Counted from the stretch's first letter, positions 36,649 through 47,474 are shown. The stretch is DNA of 64,000 bases from Flavobacteriales bacterium (GCA_016705955.1 JADJKO010000010.1:6280-70279); one strand, 5' to 3'. The notes: a model not told the origin generated them from the sequence alone. Made by a program: numbers and translations.

Positions 36649-38094
36649 ATGAACGTAAGATCACTACTCGCTGTACCGGCCCTGTTGACCGGCTTGCTCG
36701 TTGGGGCCCAGAACCAAAGCTGGACCGCCACGGATATCGACGGCAACTCGATCCACCTCCAAGATTATCTGGATCAAGGCAAAACCGTATTGGTGGACAT
36801 CAGTGCCTATTGGTGTGGACCCTGCTGGGCGTGGCATACCAGCGGGATCATGGAGAAGCTCTATCATGAATTCGGCCCTGAAGGAACCAATGACCTCGTG
36901 ATCATCTGGGTGGACGGTGATGCCGCCACCACTTCCGCTCTCCTGCATGGCGCCACAGGCTCACAAGGCGATTGGGTGACCGGTACGCCTTATCCCATTA
37001 TTGGACCCAATGGGCAAGGAAATACGCTGGCCAACCTGTATGGGATTACGGCTTACCCTACATTGTTCATGCACTGCCCCGGCGCAAATGCTGGTGTTGA
37101 GATCCAGCGCCAGAGCACTTGGCAAGCGTTCTTCAATAGCTGGCGGACCGCTTGCCCAGCTCCGTTCAACAACGGTGCGAACGATGCCACGTTGATGCGA
37201 ACGGAGAGCGGGGTCCTTTGCCCCGGTGAACACCCCAAGGTGGAACTCTACAACCAAGGAACAAGCACCCTCACCAGCGCTACCGTGAAACTCATGCAAG
37301 GCACAACCGTGCTCCAGACCGTTAACTGGACCGGTAGCTTGGCCCGGTGGGCCAGCACGAACGTCAGCTTCGACAACGTGAACGTGGTGGGAACGCAGAC
37401 CTACACCGGCGTTGTGAGCATGCCGAACGGAACGGCCGATGAGCACCCCGAGGGCGATGAGGAGGATTATGAGTACTCACCGGCTCCGCAGGCACTGTTG
37501 GCCACCGTTCAACTGGAACTCAAGACCGATAACTACTGCGAAGAGACCTCGTGGAAATTGTACAACGCCGCGAACCAGGTCATTCAGCAAGCCGGACCGT
37601 ACACTGCGAACACCCAGGACAATACCGTGTTCAACTATTGGTGGAACCTGAACCCGAATGAGTGCTACCGCTTGGAAATACTGGACGCATACGGCGATGG
37701 CTTCTGCTGCTCCTATGGCAACGGATACTACAAAGTGCGGAGCGGTGGCGTGATCATAGCTCAAGGTGGCCAGTTCGGTGCGGTCGCCAAGGCTCCGTTC
37801 GCTGCGGGTGCAGTTGTGGGTATCGAAGAGAACAGTTTGGAGGAAGGCCTCAGCATGTTCCCGAACCCGACCAACGGAACCTTGAACGTGCGGTTCAACA
37901 TGACCAGCGCGGCTACGGTGCGCATCAAGGTGCTGGACCTGATGGGCGCTGAAGTGATGACCATGACCAAGGGCTTCGGCACGGGTGATCAACAGACCAC
38001 CTTGGACCTGAGCGCACTTGCCAATGGTAGCTACATCGTGAACATCCTGGCCGACGGCCTCACCGCCACGCGCAAAGTGACCGTGAACCAATAA
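36649..38094 (+). CDS. Thioredoxin-fold (WCGPC) secreted protein with a T9SS C-terminal sorting domain
   Basis: Signal peptide; thioredoxin active site YWCGPCW; C-terminal LNVRFNM...VKVLDLMGAEV...GSYIVNILADGLTATRKVTV matches the T9SS C-terminal domain. Confidence 0.7.
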   Translation: MNVRSLLAVPALLTGLLVGAQNQSWTATDIDGNSIHLQDYLDQGKTVLVDISAYWCGPCWAWHTSGIMEKLYHEFGPEGTNDLVIIWVDGDAATTSALLHGATGSQGDWVTGTPYPIIGPNGQGNTLANLYGITAYPTLFMHCPGANAGVEIQRQSTWQAFFNSWRTACPAPFNNGANDATLMRTESGVLCPGEHPKVELYNQGTSTLTSATVKLMQGTTVLQTVNWTGSLARWASTNVSFDNVNVVGTQTYTGVVSMPNGTADEHPEGDEEDYEYSPAPQALLATVQLELKTDNYCEETSWKLYNAANQVIQQAGPYTANTQDNTVFNYWWNLNPNECYRLEILDAYGDGFCCSYGNGYYKVRSGGVIIAQGGQFGAVAKAPFAAGAVVGIEENSLEEGLSMFPNPTNGTLNVRFNMTSAATVRIKVLDLMGAEVMTMTKGFGTGDQQTTLDLSALANGSYIVNILADGLTATRKVTVNQ

Positions 38095-38188
38095 GCCAGT
38101 TGCGATAGACGTTCATTCGAAAGGTCAGCGATCCGGAGCAATGTTTGCCAACGATCGCTGACCTTTCATTTGAACCCAACCCAAGACC

Positions 38189-38686
38189 ATGAGACTAACG
38201 ACCACTTTGCTCCTTGTCGGAGTCCTTTCGATCCCCGCATTCGCCCAACAGCGTCTACCCAATGTTACGGTCCAGACCCTTGATGGCAAGAAAGTGGACA
38301 GTCGTACATTCAGCAACGACGGAAAGCCTGTGATCGTGAATTTCTGGGCGACCTGGTGTGCTCCATGCAAGAAGGAATTGAACGCCATTGCGGAGAAGTA
38401 CGCCGACTGGCAAGCAAGAACCGGCGTGAAGCTCATCGCGGTGAGCATTGATGATGCCCGCAGTATGGCGCGCGTGAAACCCTATGTTAGCGGCCAGGAT
38501 TGGGATTACGAAGTCTACCTTGATCCCAACGGCGACCTCAAGCGTGCATTGAATGTCAACAATGTCCCACATACATTTCTGCTGAACGGGAATGGCGAGA
38601 TCGTCTATCAGCACAACAATTATGAGCCAGGGGACGAGAACGTGTTGTTCGAGCAAGTGCTTGAACTTGTGGGCAAGAAGAAGTGA
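38189..38686 (+). CDS. TlpA family thiol-disulfide oxidoreductase (redoxin)
   Basis: 165 aa; signal peptide, FWATWCAPCKKE active site, TlpA/ResA-like length and pattern. Confidence 0.85.
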   Translation: MRLTTTLLLVGVLSIPAFAQQRLPNVTVQTLDGKKVDSRTFSNDGKPVIVNFWATWCAPCKKELNAIAEKYADWQARTGVKLIAVSIDDARSMARVKPYVSGQDWDYEVYLDPNGDLKRALNVNNVPHTFLLNGNGEIVYQHNNYEPGDENVLFEQVLELVGKKK

Positions 38687-38690
38687 TCCG

Positions 38691-40376
38691 ATGATCCGTA
38701 TTCCGTGTGGCGCATGGGCGCTGCTTTGCTTGGCTTTCCTGCTGGCCACCCATTCGGCGGCCCAGGACAATGGCCAACTGCATGGCAACTTCAGCATGGA
38801 TGCGCAGTACTACAACGAGGACGATGTTATCGGCGCCGTTGTTCCGCTGGAGCGACTGGCTGCGAATTCATGGATGAATCTGATCTATTCGCGGGACCGG
38901 TTCGAGATCGGCGGGCGATTCGAGGCTTATGAGCCGCGCCTTGCAGGCTATCCTGCAGGGCAGCCGTACATCGGATCAGGGATCGGATACCGGTATGCGA
39001 AGTACACCCAGAGCGATCTTGAAGTAACCGCGGGGAATTTCTTCGAACAGTTCGGCCAAGGCTTGATCTTCCGGAGCTACGAGGAACGTTACCTCGGCGT
39101 GGATAATGCCATGGAGGGCGTGCGCGTGAAATACCAGCCATATCCGGGGATCCGTTTGAAAGGGATCATCGGGCGCCAGCGTTTCGGTTTCGATAATGGA
39201 CTTGTGAATGGTGCCGGTCTTGTGCGTGGTGTCGATGCGGAATTGGACATGGCCGAATTGCTCGACACCTCATGGACCTGTGTCGGCAACCTGTTGATCG
39301 GTGGCAGCTTCGTGAGCAAATACCAGCAGGACCGGGATCCCTTGCTCGTGCTTCCGGAGAATGTCGGTTGCTATGGCATCCGGTTGAACTACATCTCCCC
39401 GCGTTGGAACCTGTACACAGAGTACGCCTACAAGATCAATGATCCGAACGGCAAGAACGGGTTCATCTACAAACCCGGTCAGGCCGTGATGTTCAATATC
39501 ACTTACGCGGTGAAGGGTTTCGGGGCCACATTCGGTGCGCATAGTTTCGACAACATGTTCTACCAGAGCGATCGCGCCGCTCCGACACCCTTCGACCTGA
39601 ACATCAACTACCTACCACCGCTGACGAAGCAGCATACCTACAACTTGCCTGCAACGCTCTACCCCTACGCCACACAACCCAACGGCGAGGTAAGCACGCA
39701 AGGGGAGGTCTTCTACAAGTGGAAGAAAGGGACGGCCTTGGGCGGAACCTATGGAACCAAGATCGCGGTAAACTATTCCACCGCGTTCGCCCTGGATACC
39801 ACCAAGCTCGGTATTGCCGACGACACCACGGCACGCATGGGTTACACCACCAAGTTGTTCTCCAAAGGCAAGCGCCAATACTTCCAGGACTTCAATATCG
39901 AGATCCGCAAGAAGGTGAGCGCCGATTGGGAGTTCGCACTGACCTGGCTCAACTTCACCTACGACATCGACATCATCCAAGGCAAACCCGGAAAGCGGAC
40001 CGTTTACGCTGACATCCTGGTCCTGGAAGGTCTTCACCATTTCAATGACCGGCATTCGATCCGATTCGAACTGCAACACCTGAACACCAAACAGGATCAT
40101 GGCAACTGGGCCACCGGCCTTGCCGAGTTGACCTTCAGTCCGCACTGGTTCCTGGCTGCCATGGACCAGTTCAATTATGTGACCACATCGCCAGAGGAAG
40201 GGGTGACACCGGACCGGATCCATTATCCGATAGGGTCGGTAGGCTATATCCGGGGCGGCAACCGTTTCCAAGTGAACTACGGCCGTCAGCGAGCGGGCAT
40301 ATTCTGCGTGGGTGGAGTTTGCCGACAGGTACCAGCGGCCAATGGACTCACTCTTTCCATTACGAGTACGTTCTAG
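38691..40376 (+). CDS. Putative outer-membrane beta-barrel protein (DUF6029-like)
   Basis: Signal peptide MIRIPCGAWALLCLAFLLATHSAAQ; alternating beta-strand pattern, C-terminal aromatic residue (…LTLSITSTF); start at an internal ATG of ORF 38592..40376. Confidence 0.5.
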   Translation: MIRIPCGAWALLCLAFLLATHSAAQDNGQLHGNFSMDAQYYNEDDVIGAVVPLERLAANSWMNLIYSRDRFEIGGRFEAYEPRLAGYPAGQPYIGSGIGYRYAKYTQSDLEVTAGNFFEQFGQGLIFRSYEERYLGVDNAMEGVRVKYQPYPGIRLKGIIGRQRFGFDNGLVNGAGLVRGVDAELDMAELLDTSWTCVGNLLIGGSFVSKYQQDRDPLLVLPENVGCYGIRLNYISPRWNLYTEYAYKINDPNGKNGFIYKPGQAVMFNITYAVKGFGATFGAHSFDNMFYQSDRAAPTPFDLNINYLPPLTKQHTYNLPATLYPYATQPNGEVSTQGEVFYKWKKGTALGGTYGTKIAVNYSTAFALDTTKLGIADDTTARMGYTTKLFSKGKRQYFQDFNIEIRKKVSADWEFALTWLNFTYDIDIIQGKPGKRTVYADILVLEGLHHFNDRHSIRFELQHLNTKQDHGNWATGLAELTFSPHWFLAAMDQFNYVTTSPEEGVTPDRIHYPIGSVGYIRGGNRFQVNYGRQRAGIFCVGGVCRQVPAANGLTLSITSTF

Positions 40377-40378
40377 CC

Positions 40379-41236
40379 ATGAAGTCCACTTTCCTCTTCT
40401 TTTTCATCGCCCTCGCTATTGCCGGGTGCGATTACGTGGACGACCCCACTCCACCAGGCACCGGTGGCGGCGGTAACAATGGCGGGGATACGGTGAAACG
40501 TCGCGCACTCCTGGAGGAATTCACCGGTCACCGCTGCAATACTTGTCCGGCCGCACACGCGGTCGCTGCGAACCTCACCACCGCTTATGGCGAGGACTTG
40601 ATCGTGGTGGCCATCCATGCGACCAACTTCTTTGCTGCTCCTGTGGATCCGCCTGCTGCCAACGGCTCTTATTCAACGGACTTCCGTACGCCTGCCGGAG
40701 ATGCCTACGCGACCACGTTCAATGTGAGCTTCCTGCCTACCGGGTTGGTGAACAGGGTGCCTTTCAACTCGAGCACCACCATTGGTAGCGGAAATTGGAG
40801 CAGCGCGATCGCGGAGATCGTGGATGCTGACGCCGCGTGCGATATCTGGGTGGATGAATTGGTTTACAACTCCGGTGCGAACACCGTTTCCGCAGTGGTG
40901 AAGGTGGCCGTGTTGCAAGCGATCACAGGCGCCCACAACCTCACGATCTACCTCACCGAGGACCATGTGATCGACTGGCAACTCAATTCGTTGGTCTCGC
41001 CCCCCGATGTCCCGAACTACGACCACAGGCATGTGCTTCGGACCAATCTCACCGGGACTTGGGGTAGCTCGCTCATTACGGCGTCCGCTGCGGTCGGAGA
41101 TACCCTGACCCTTTCGGTGCCGCCGGTGAGCATGGACCCTGCTTGGAATGGTACCGAATGCGCCTTGGTCGCCTACCTGTACAACGTTTCCAGTAACGAG
41201 ATCCTGCAAGCCACGGAGCGGAAGTTCCAACCCTGA
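40379..41236 (+). CDS. Omp28-related outer-membrane lipoprotein with a CxxC motif
   Basis: Lipoprotein signal MKSTFLFFFIALAIAGC; LLEEFTGHRCNTCPAAH resembles the conserved EEFTG-x-C-xx-CP motif of Omp28-related proteins. Confidence 0.55.
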   Translation: MKSTFLFFFIALAIAGCDYVDDPTPPGTGGGGNNGGDTVKRRALLEEFTGHRCNTCPAAHAVAANLTTAYGEDLIVVAIHATNFFAAPVDPPAANGSYSTDFRTPAGDAYATTFNVSFLPTGLVNRVPFNSSTTIGSGNWSSAIAEIVDADAACDIWVDELVYNSGANTVSAVVKVAVLQAITGAHNLTIYLTEDHVIDWQLNSLVSPPDVPNYDHRHVLRTNLTGTWGSSLITASAAVGDTLTLSVPPVSMDPAWNGTECALVAYLYNVSSNEILQATERKFQP

Positions 41237-41332
41237 TCCGGCTGCTCGGCCGACGCGGATACGGATCGTCCTTCTGCGCCGTTAGCTTTGTCCGGGGAAC
41301 GTGCCGTTTGTGGAAAACCGCCCCCCTGACAA

Positions 41333-41361
41333 GTGACAAAAGCCCTGCACTGGTATATATT
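41333..41361 (+). promoter_or_regulatory. Sigma-70-like -35/-10 pair (GTGACA-N17-TATATT)
   Basis: Read directly in the sequence upstream of the small ORF at 41386; note that Bacteroidota primary promoters usually follow a TTTG/TAnnTTTG consensus, so this is tentative. Confidence 0.25.
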
Positions 41362-41385
41362 CAACCTCGCTTAACCCGAACGGTG

Positions 41386-41601
41386 ATGATGGACCAAGGA
41401 AGGAAGATGATGGAGTTCAGCAAGCAAGTGCTCCAGAAGGTGAGTTTCGATAAGTTATTGTTCAGGAAGGAATTGATCAAGGCCCGCCGTTGGGTGGGAC
41501 AGAGCGACCAGTTGGTGTTGAAGGCATGGTGCCTCGCGACCTTCGGTCATATGTACAAGGACGTGATCATGGAGGTGTTCAAGAACACCATGCGCAGCTG
41601 A
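41386..41601 (+). CDS. Small hypothetical protein
   Basis: About 71 aa (MMDQGRKMMEFSKQVLQKVSFDKLLFRKELIKARRW...); no recognised domain; start uncertain. Confidence 0.3.
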   Translation: MMDQGRKMMEFSKQVLQKVSFDKLLFRKELIKARRWVGQSDQLVLKAWCLATFGHMYKDVIMEVFKNTMRS

Positions 41602-41630
41602 TCCCGCAAGGGCGTTCCACCGATCTCCGT

Positions 41631-42572
41631 TCACGCTTCTTCTCGCTTCGGCAACCCTAAGGATCGGATGTTCCGGGTAAGGCCGGCGTACTTGGCACGC
41701 TTGACCGGACTGCCTTGGAAGATCCGATCGAAGGTCATCTCGGTCATGCCTTTCCAGTCCGCCGAGGTCAGACCAGCGAGCTCCTCCTTCGGAGTGAATT
41801 CCGGTTCACCATGGGGCTGGCTGAAGCGGTTCCACGGACAGACCTGCTGGCAGATGTCACAACCGAAGACCCAGTTCTCCATGCGTCCCGCGAACTCCTC
41901 CGGGATCGCGTTCTTCAATTCGATCGTGAGGTAGCTGATGCATCTACTTCCGTCCACACCGTAAGGCGTGATCGCATCCGTGGGGCACGCATCAATGCAA
42001 CGTCGGCAGGTACCGCAGTGATCGGTTGCTGGAGGATCCGGTTCGAATTCCAGATCGGTGATCAGCTCGCAGAGGAAGAAGAACGACCCCGCTCCTTGGC
42101 GGATCACGTTGGTGTGCTTCCCCACCCAACCGATGCCTGATCGTTGTGCCCAGGCCTTCTCCATCACCGGTGCGCTATCCACGAATGCGCGCAGGGCCAC
42201 ATCCCCGAAATTCTCGTGGATGAATGAAATGAGCGGCTTCAGTCGGTTGCGGACGACCTTGTGGTAATCACGACCGTATGCGTACATGCTCAGCTTCGGG
42301 GCTTCCGGATCCTGTTGCTTGGGTCCGGTGAAGTAGTTGTACGCGAGGCTGATCACACTCTTCGCGCCGGGCACCAACTTCCGTGGGTCCAACCGCAGGT
42401 CGAAGTGGTTGGCCATGTAGCCCATCTCGCCGTGCTTGCCCTGTTGAAGCCACTGCTCAAGACGAGGAGCTTCATCCGCGAGGAAGTCGGCGCGTGCGAC
42501 ACCGCAGGCCAGGAACCCGAGTTCCAAAGCGCGGGCTTTGATACGCTCGGATCTTTCACGCGAGGACTGCAT
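41631..42572 (-). CDS. queG: Epoxyqueuosine reductase
   Basis: 313 aa; two 4Fe-4S ferredoxin motifs (CGTCRRCIDACPT, CDICQQVCPWN) and overall QueG alignment. Confidence 0.9.
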   Translation of the reverse strand: MQSSRERSERIKARALELGFLACGVARADFLADEAPRLEQWLQQGKHGEMGYMANHFDLRLDPRKLVPGAKSVISLAYNYFTGPKQQDPEAPKLSMYAYGRDYHKVVRNRLKPLISFIHENFGDVALRAFVDSAPVMEKAWAQRSGIGWVGKHTNVIRQGAGSFFFLCELITDLEFEPDPPATDHCGTCRRCIDACPTDAITPYGVDGSRCISYLTIELKNAIPEEFAGRMENWVFGCDICQQVCPWNRFSQPHGEPEFTPKEELAGLTSADWKGMTEMTFDRIFQGSPVKRAKYAGLTRNIRSLGLPKREEA

Positions 42573-42592
42573 GCCGGGAAGATAGCCGGTGG

Positions 42593-43618
42593 CTACTCGA
42601 ACAATCCGCCCGGCTTCGTACTGGGCACGCGCCCCAAGTGCTTGTACGCGCGCTCGGTGGCTTGTCGTCCACGAGGGGTGCGCTGTAGGTAACCTTCCAT
42701 GATCAGGAAGGGTTCGTACACCTCTTCGATCGTGCCGGCCTCCTCTCCCACAGCTGTGGCCACCGTGGTAAGGCCGACCGGTCCTCCACTGAATTTTTCA
42801 ATGATGCAAAGCAGGATCCGGTTGTCCATCTCATCGAGGCCGTGTGCGTCCACATTCAGTGCTTTCAACGCATGCTGCGCGATGCCGAGATCGATCGTAC
42901 CATCACCTTGGATCTGTGCGAAGTCCCTGACGCGCCGAAGCAAGGCGTTCGCGATCCGTGGCGTCCCCCGGCTTCGCCGTGCGATCTCATCGGATGCATC
43001 CTCCACAATGGGGACGTTCAAGAGACCCGCACTCCGTTTAATGATCCCCTTCAACGTGGCCGCGTCGTAATAATCCAAGCGACTGTTGATCCCGAAGCGG
43101 GCACGCAACGGTGCGGTGAGCAAGCCGCTTCGCGTGGTGGCACCCACCAGCGTGAACGGATTCAACGCGATCTGAACCGTGCGCGCATTCGGCCCGGAAT
43201 CGATCACCAGATCGATGCGGTAATCCTCCATCGCACTGTACAGGTACTCCTCGATCACCGGAGTGAGCCGATGGATCTCATCGATGAAGAGCACGTCGTT
43301 CGGTTCCAAGTTGGTGAGCAAGCCGGCCAGATCCGCAGGTTTGTCCAACACGGGTCCACTGGTGATGCGGATCCCCACGCCCATCTCCTGGGCAATGATG
43401 TTCGCGAGGGTGGTCTTGCCCAAGCCGGGTGGGCCATGCAGGAGAACGTGGTCAAGGGCCTCGTTCCTCCCCTTCGCTGCTTGAACGAATACCTTCAAGT
43501 TGTCGGTCACCGCCCTCTGGCCAGCGAACTCGCCGAAGCGCCGAGGGCGCAACACCTGTTCCATCTCCTTATCGGAGGTGGAGCGTTGTTCGTTGCGTAC
43601 ATCGAAGCCGTCAGGCAT
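42593..43618 (-). CDS. ruvB: Holliday junction branch migration helicase RuvB
   Basis: 341 aa; Walker [10 protein letters not shown], Walker B LFIDEIHR, full-length RuvB alignment. Confidence 0.95.
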   Translation of the reverse strand: MPDGFDVRNEQRSTSDKEMEQVLRPRRFGEFAGQRAVTDNLKVFVQAAKGRNEALDHVLLHGPPGLGKTTLANIIAQEMGVGIRITSGPVLDKPADLAGLLTNLEPNDVLFIDEIHRLTPVIEEYLYSAMEDYRIDLVIDSGPNARTVQIALNPFTLVGATTRSGLLTAPLRARFGINSRLDYYDAATLKGIIKRSAGLLNVPIVEDASDEIARRSRGTPRIANALLRRVRDFAQIQGDGTIDLGIAQHALKALNVDAHGLDEMDNRILLCIIEKFSGGPVGLTTVATAVGEEAGTIEEVYEPFLIMEGYLQRTPRGRQATERAYKHLGRVPSTKPGGLFE

Positions 43619-43696
43619 TTGTGATCCCTTTCTTCACAGGATGTGCGAAGGTAGGCGGCCTGCCTGCGGTTGGAGAATGACGCTCTGCTTAGGCGG

Positions 43697-44317
43697 TCAT
43701 CTCGACTCCGCATCCCGGATCATCTCGCCGGGAAAGATCCGGAGACCAAGGATGTAGATCGGCGCGGTCAGGTCCTCGCCAAGGTCATTGCTGGAATGAA
43801 TGGCCAGCCGAAAGCCCCAACCCGCTCCAATGCCGAAGTACTTCAAGAAGCGATACTGGACCGTCATGGCCGGTTCGTAGAAGAACACCATGCTTCGCGC
43901 ATAGTGTTTCGTACGCCCTTCCGCATCATCGTACACCACCGATCCGGACCCGATCCCGATCTGGACCGGTAAACGCACCTCCCACGGCCCGCGCTGGTAG
44001 AATGCATAGTCCACATACGGTGATACATAACCCAAGCGAAGACGTGCCGTCGTTGTCACACCATCCACCATGACCTCCTGTTCCACCGGCGTGATGAGGA
44101 AGCTGTAGCCGACGCCATATTGGAATCGACGCGCGTGTTGCAAACCCACCTTCGCCCCGAGAAAGCGCACGTTGCTGTTGCTGATGAATGATCCGCGGAC
44201 ATCGAGGCGCACCACCAAGCGCGGCGGCTCCTGAAGGAAGAGTCCGATGCTGTCCAAGAGCTGCGCGCTCATGCTGAATGGCAGGAGCAGGAGCAAGAGC
44301 AGGAGCCGTGATCGCAT
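43697..44317 (-). CDS. Hypothetical outer-membrane beta-barrel protein
   Basis: 206 aa; signal peptide MRSRLLLLLLLLPFSMSAQ and an amphipathic beta-strand pattern. Confidence 0.5.
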   Translation of the reverse strand: MRSRLLLLLLLLPFSMSAQLLDSIGLFLQEPPRLVVRLDVRGSFISNSNVRFLGAKVGLQHARRFQYGVGYSFLITPVEQEVMVDGVTTTARLRLGYVSPYVDYAFYQRGPWEVRLPVQIGIGSGSVVYDDAEGRTKHYARSMVFFYEPAMTVQYRFLKYFGIGAGWGFRLAIHSSNDLGEDLTAPIYILGLRIFPGEMIRDAESR

Positions 44318-44384
44318 CCGGTGGAAAAAGAAGAATGTCCGCCACCAAAGGTGCGGACATTCCCAAGTTGTGCTGGGGTCGAGG

Positions 44385-46184
44385 TCAGTTGTCCTCGGTC
44401 TCGCCCGGCTCCATGGGCGTGATCTGGCTCACCCAATCCTCGGCCTTGCCCGGCTTGCTGTAATCATACGGCCAGCGATGCACCACGGGAAGCGGGCCCG
44501 GCCAGTTGCCATGCATGTGCTCGACCGGTGTGGTCCATTCCAAGGTGTTGCTCTTCCATGGGTTCTGCACCGACTTGGGTCCACGGAACACGCTATAGAA
44601 GAAGTTGCCGGTGAAGATCAACTGGGCCAGCGCGCCGGTGATGGCGAAGATGGTCACCAGGACATTCAGGTCCACCACGCCGTTGAACATGGTGAACTCG
44701 GTGTAGCTGTAATACCGACGAGGCGCACCTGCCAGACCGATGAAGTGCATAGGGAAGAAGACACCGAAGGCACAGATGAAGGTGATCCAGAAATGGAGGT
44801 AGCCCAACTTGGTGTTCATCATTCTGCCGTACATCTTCGGGAACCAATGGTAGATACCCGCGAACATGCCGAAGATGGCGCTCATCCCCATCACGATGTG
44901 GAAGTGGGCGATCACGAAATAAGTGTCGTGGACCATGATGTCCAGCGCGCTATCCGCAAGGATGATCCCGGTGAGGCCACCAGCGATGAAGGTGGCCACC
45001 AGACCGATGCTGAAGAGCATGGCCGGCGTGAAGATGATGTTCCCACGCCATAGCGTAGTGAGGTAGTTGAACACTTTCACAGCGGACGGGATCGCGATCA
45101 ACAAGGTGGTGAACACGAACACGCTGCCCAGGAAGGGGTTCATGCCCGTGATGAACATGTGGTGACCCCACACGAGGAAGCTGAGGAAGGCGATCGCCAT
45201 GATCGATCCGATCATGGCCCTGTAGCCGAAAATGGGCTTGCGCGCATTGGTGGAGATGATCTCCGAGGTGATCCCCAACGCGGGTAACAACACGATGTAC
45301 ACTTCCGGATGGCCCAGGAACCAGAAGAGGTGCTGGAACAGGATCGGGCTACCGCCGGTATTCTCCAAGGCCTCGCCCGCGATATGGATGTCACTGAGGT
45401 AGAAGCTCGTGTGCATGCTACGATCCAGCAGCAACAGCAAGGCTGCACTCAGCAGGACAGGGAAACTGAGGATACCGATCACGGCTGTAAAGAAGATGGC
45501 CCAGATCGTCAGCGGCATACGGGTCATCTTCATGCCCTTGGTCCGCAGGTTCAGGATGGTGACCACGTAATTGAGTCCGCCCATGAGGGAGGATGCGATG
45601 AAGAGCGCCATGCTCACCAGCCACAGCGTCATGCCCGCCCCGGACCCGGGTATGGCCTTCGGTAGTGCGCTAAGCGGCGGGTAGATGGTCCACCCGGCAC
45701 TTGCAGGCCCACCTTCCACGAAGAGCGATGCCAGCATGATCACACTGCTCGTGAAGAAGAACCAATAGCTGAGCATGTTGATGAAGCCGCTGGCCATATC
45801 ACGCGCGCCCAACTGCAATGGGATGAGCATGTTCGCGAAGGTGCCCGAAAGCCCCGCCGTCAGTACGAAGAATACCATGATGGTCCCGTGGATGGTGACC
45901 AAGGCCAGGTACATGTTCGGGTCGATCACCCCGCCCGGTGCCCACTTATCGCCCAGGAAGAAATTCGTGAAGGCGAAGCCCTCACCTGGCCAAGCCAGTT
46001 GCAACCGGAAGATCACGGACATGATCACAGCCACCCAGGCCATGAGGATGGCCGTGACCAGGAATTGCTTCCCGATCATCTTGTGATCCTGCGTGAAGAC
46101 GAACTTCGAAATGAAGCTCTCCTCGTGGTGGTGCTGGTGGTCAGCTCCGTGATCGGCGTGTGCGGCGTGCGCGTGTGCACCCAT
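44385..46184 (-). CDS. ctaD: Cytochrome c oxidase subunit I
   Basis: 599-aa, 12+ TM protein with heme-copper oxidase His ligands (…WFFGHPEVYI…, HHMF). Confidence 0.9.
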   Translation of the reverse strand: MGAHAHAAHADHGADHQHHHEESFISKFVFTQDHKMIGKQFLVTAILMAWVAVIMSVIFRLQLAWPGEGFAFTNFFLGDKWAPGGVIDPNMYLALVTIHGTIMVFFVLTAGLSGTFANMLIPLQLGARDMASGFINMLSYWFFFTSSVIMLASLFVEGGPASAGWTIYPPLSALPKAIPGSGAGMTLWLVSMALFIASSLMGGLNYVVTILNLRTKGMKMTRMPLTIWAIFFTAVIGILSFPVLLSAALLLLLDRSMHTSFYLSDIHIAGEALENTGGSPILFQHLFWFLGHPEVYIVLLPALGITSEIISTNARKPIFGYRAMIGSIMAIAFLSFLVWGHHMFITGMNPFLGSVFVFTTLLIAIPSAVKVFNYLTTLWRGNIIFTPAMLFSIGLVATFIAGGLTGIILADSALDIMVHDTYFVIAHFHIVMGMSAIFGMFAGIYHWFPKMYGRMMNTKLGYLHFWITFICAFGVFFPMHFIGLAGAPRRYYSYTEFTMFNGVVDLNVLVTIFAITGALAQLIFTGNFFYSVFRGPKSVQNPWKSNTLEWTTPVEHMHGNWPGPLPVVHRWPYDYSKPGKAEDWVSQITPMEPGETEDN

Positions 46185-46256
46185 GGTGATCGATCCTTTT
46201 AAGGTCAGTGGCCGGTAGAGGGCGCTTGCGTTACGCCTGTGCTATCCCCCACGAGG

Positions 46257-47474
46257 TTAACGGTACTGTCCGGCAAAATAGCCATTGCCCCCCGGCTGCG
46301 TTCCGGCAGGCTCGAACGGCTTCTTGTTGGCTTCAGCCACCCAAGCAGTGAACTCACTGGCCGTTACCACGGTCAATGGCATCTGCATATTGAAGTGACT
46401 GGCACCGCAGATCTTGTTGCACAAGAGGATGAAGTCGAAGGCCTCGTCATGCATCACATGCGTGCGCATGCTGTCGGTGGTGATGGTGGGCGTGACCTTC
46501 ATGTGGGTGGTCATACCGGGCACCGCGTTCATCTGGATCCGCAAATGCGGCATGTAAGCACTGTGGATGACGTCGCGCGCACGGATCAGGATGTCCACCT
46601 CCTTGTGTACGGGAAGCACGAAATCCTTCGTCACCACATCATCCGCCCCGTGCAAATACGTGCTTGCTTCACCATTCTCCTTGATATCCTGCTCCATAAC
46701 GACACGGAGGTTCACGATCCGGCTGGCCATCCGGCCGAGGTACCCGATGTGGTCCTCGATCTCCGCGACCTTGTCATCTGGAAGAACACCTTGCAGCCGA
46801 GCCTCTTCCTCGGCGATCTCCGTATCGATCTCGGCGAGGCGTGTGGCAATGGACTTTGCTGTTACGATACCCAGTGGGTTGTCCCCATTGATCAGGCGGT
46901 AATCCGTGGCACCCATACGGCCATCCTGGCCAGGGTAGCGTGCGGTCCAATCGAATTGCTTGGCGTAGAGTTCCACCACGACAGCATCCGGCGATGCCGG
47001 GCTGGTGATGTTGTTCCAGGAGTTGAGGCCGTAAATGATGATCACCGCCAGAACCGCTGCGGGCACTATCGTCCAGAGCAATTCCAACTTGTTGTTGTGC
47101 GGGAACCAGAACGCCCGACGGTCCTTGCTGTACACATACTTCCCGGCAAAGAAGAACAGCAGCACGTTGGTAACAACGAACATCACCGCGAGGATCGCCC
47201 AGTTGAAGTTCATCAACCAATCCGTTTCCACGCCTTGCGTACTCGCGGCAACGGGGAGCATCTTGTCCTTGTAGGCCACGATCAGCCAGATGAAGAACGC
47301 GAAATAGGCCACCAGGAACGCCCACATCAACCGGGCGTTCATCCGGTTGTCCGCCGGAGAAATATCCTCCTCGCGCTTGCCACGCAACCGTGATGTGAGC
47401 TCGTACACGCGAGCCACTTGGGCCACGGCGAGGGCGCCCACCAGAACTACGATCAGGATCAACAGCTTGCTCAT
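46257..47474 (-). CDS. ctaC: Cytochrome c oxidase subunit II
   Basis: 405 aa; CuA-site motif H…CNKICGASHFNM; two N-terminal TM helices. Confidence 0.85.
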   Translation of the reverse strand: MSKLLILIVVLVGALAVAQVARVYELTSRLRGKREEDISPADNRMNARLMWAFLVAYFAFFIWLIVAYKDKMLPVAASTQGVETDWLMNFNWAILAVMFVVTNVLLFFFAGKYVYSKDRRAFWFPHNNKLELLWTIVPAAVLAVIIIYGLNSWNNITSPASPDAVVVELYAKQFDWTARYPGQDGRMGATDYRLINGDNPLGIVTAKSIATRLAEIDTEIAEEEARLQGVLPDDKVAEIEDHIGYLGRMASRIVNLRVVMEQDIKENGEASTYLHGADDVVTKDFVLPVHKEVDILIRARDVIHSAYMPHLRIQMNAVPGMTTHMKVTPTITTDSMRTHVMHDEAFDFILLCNKICGASHFNMQMPLTVVTASEFTAWVAEANKKPFEPAGTQPGGNGYFAGQYR

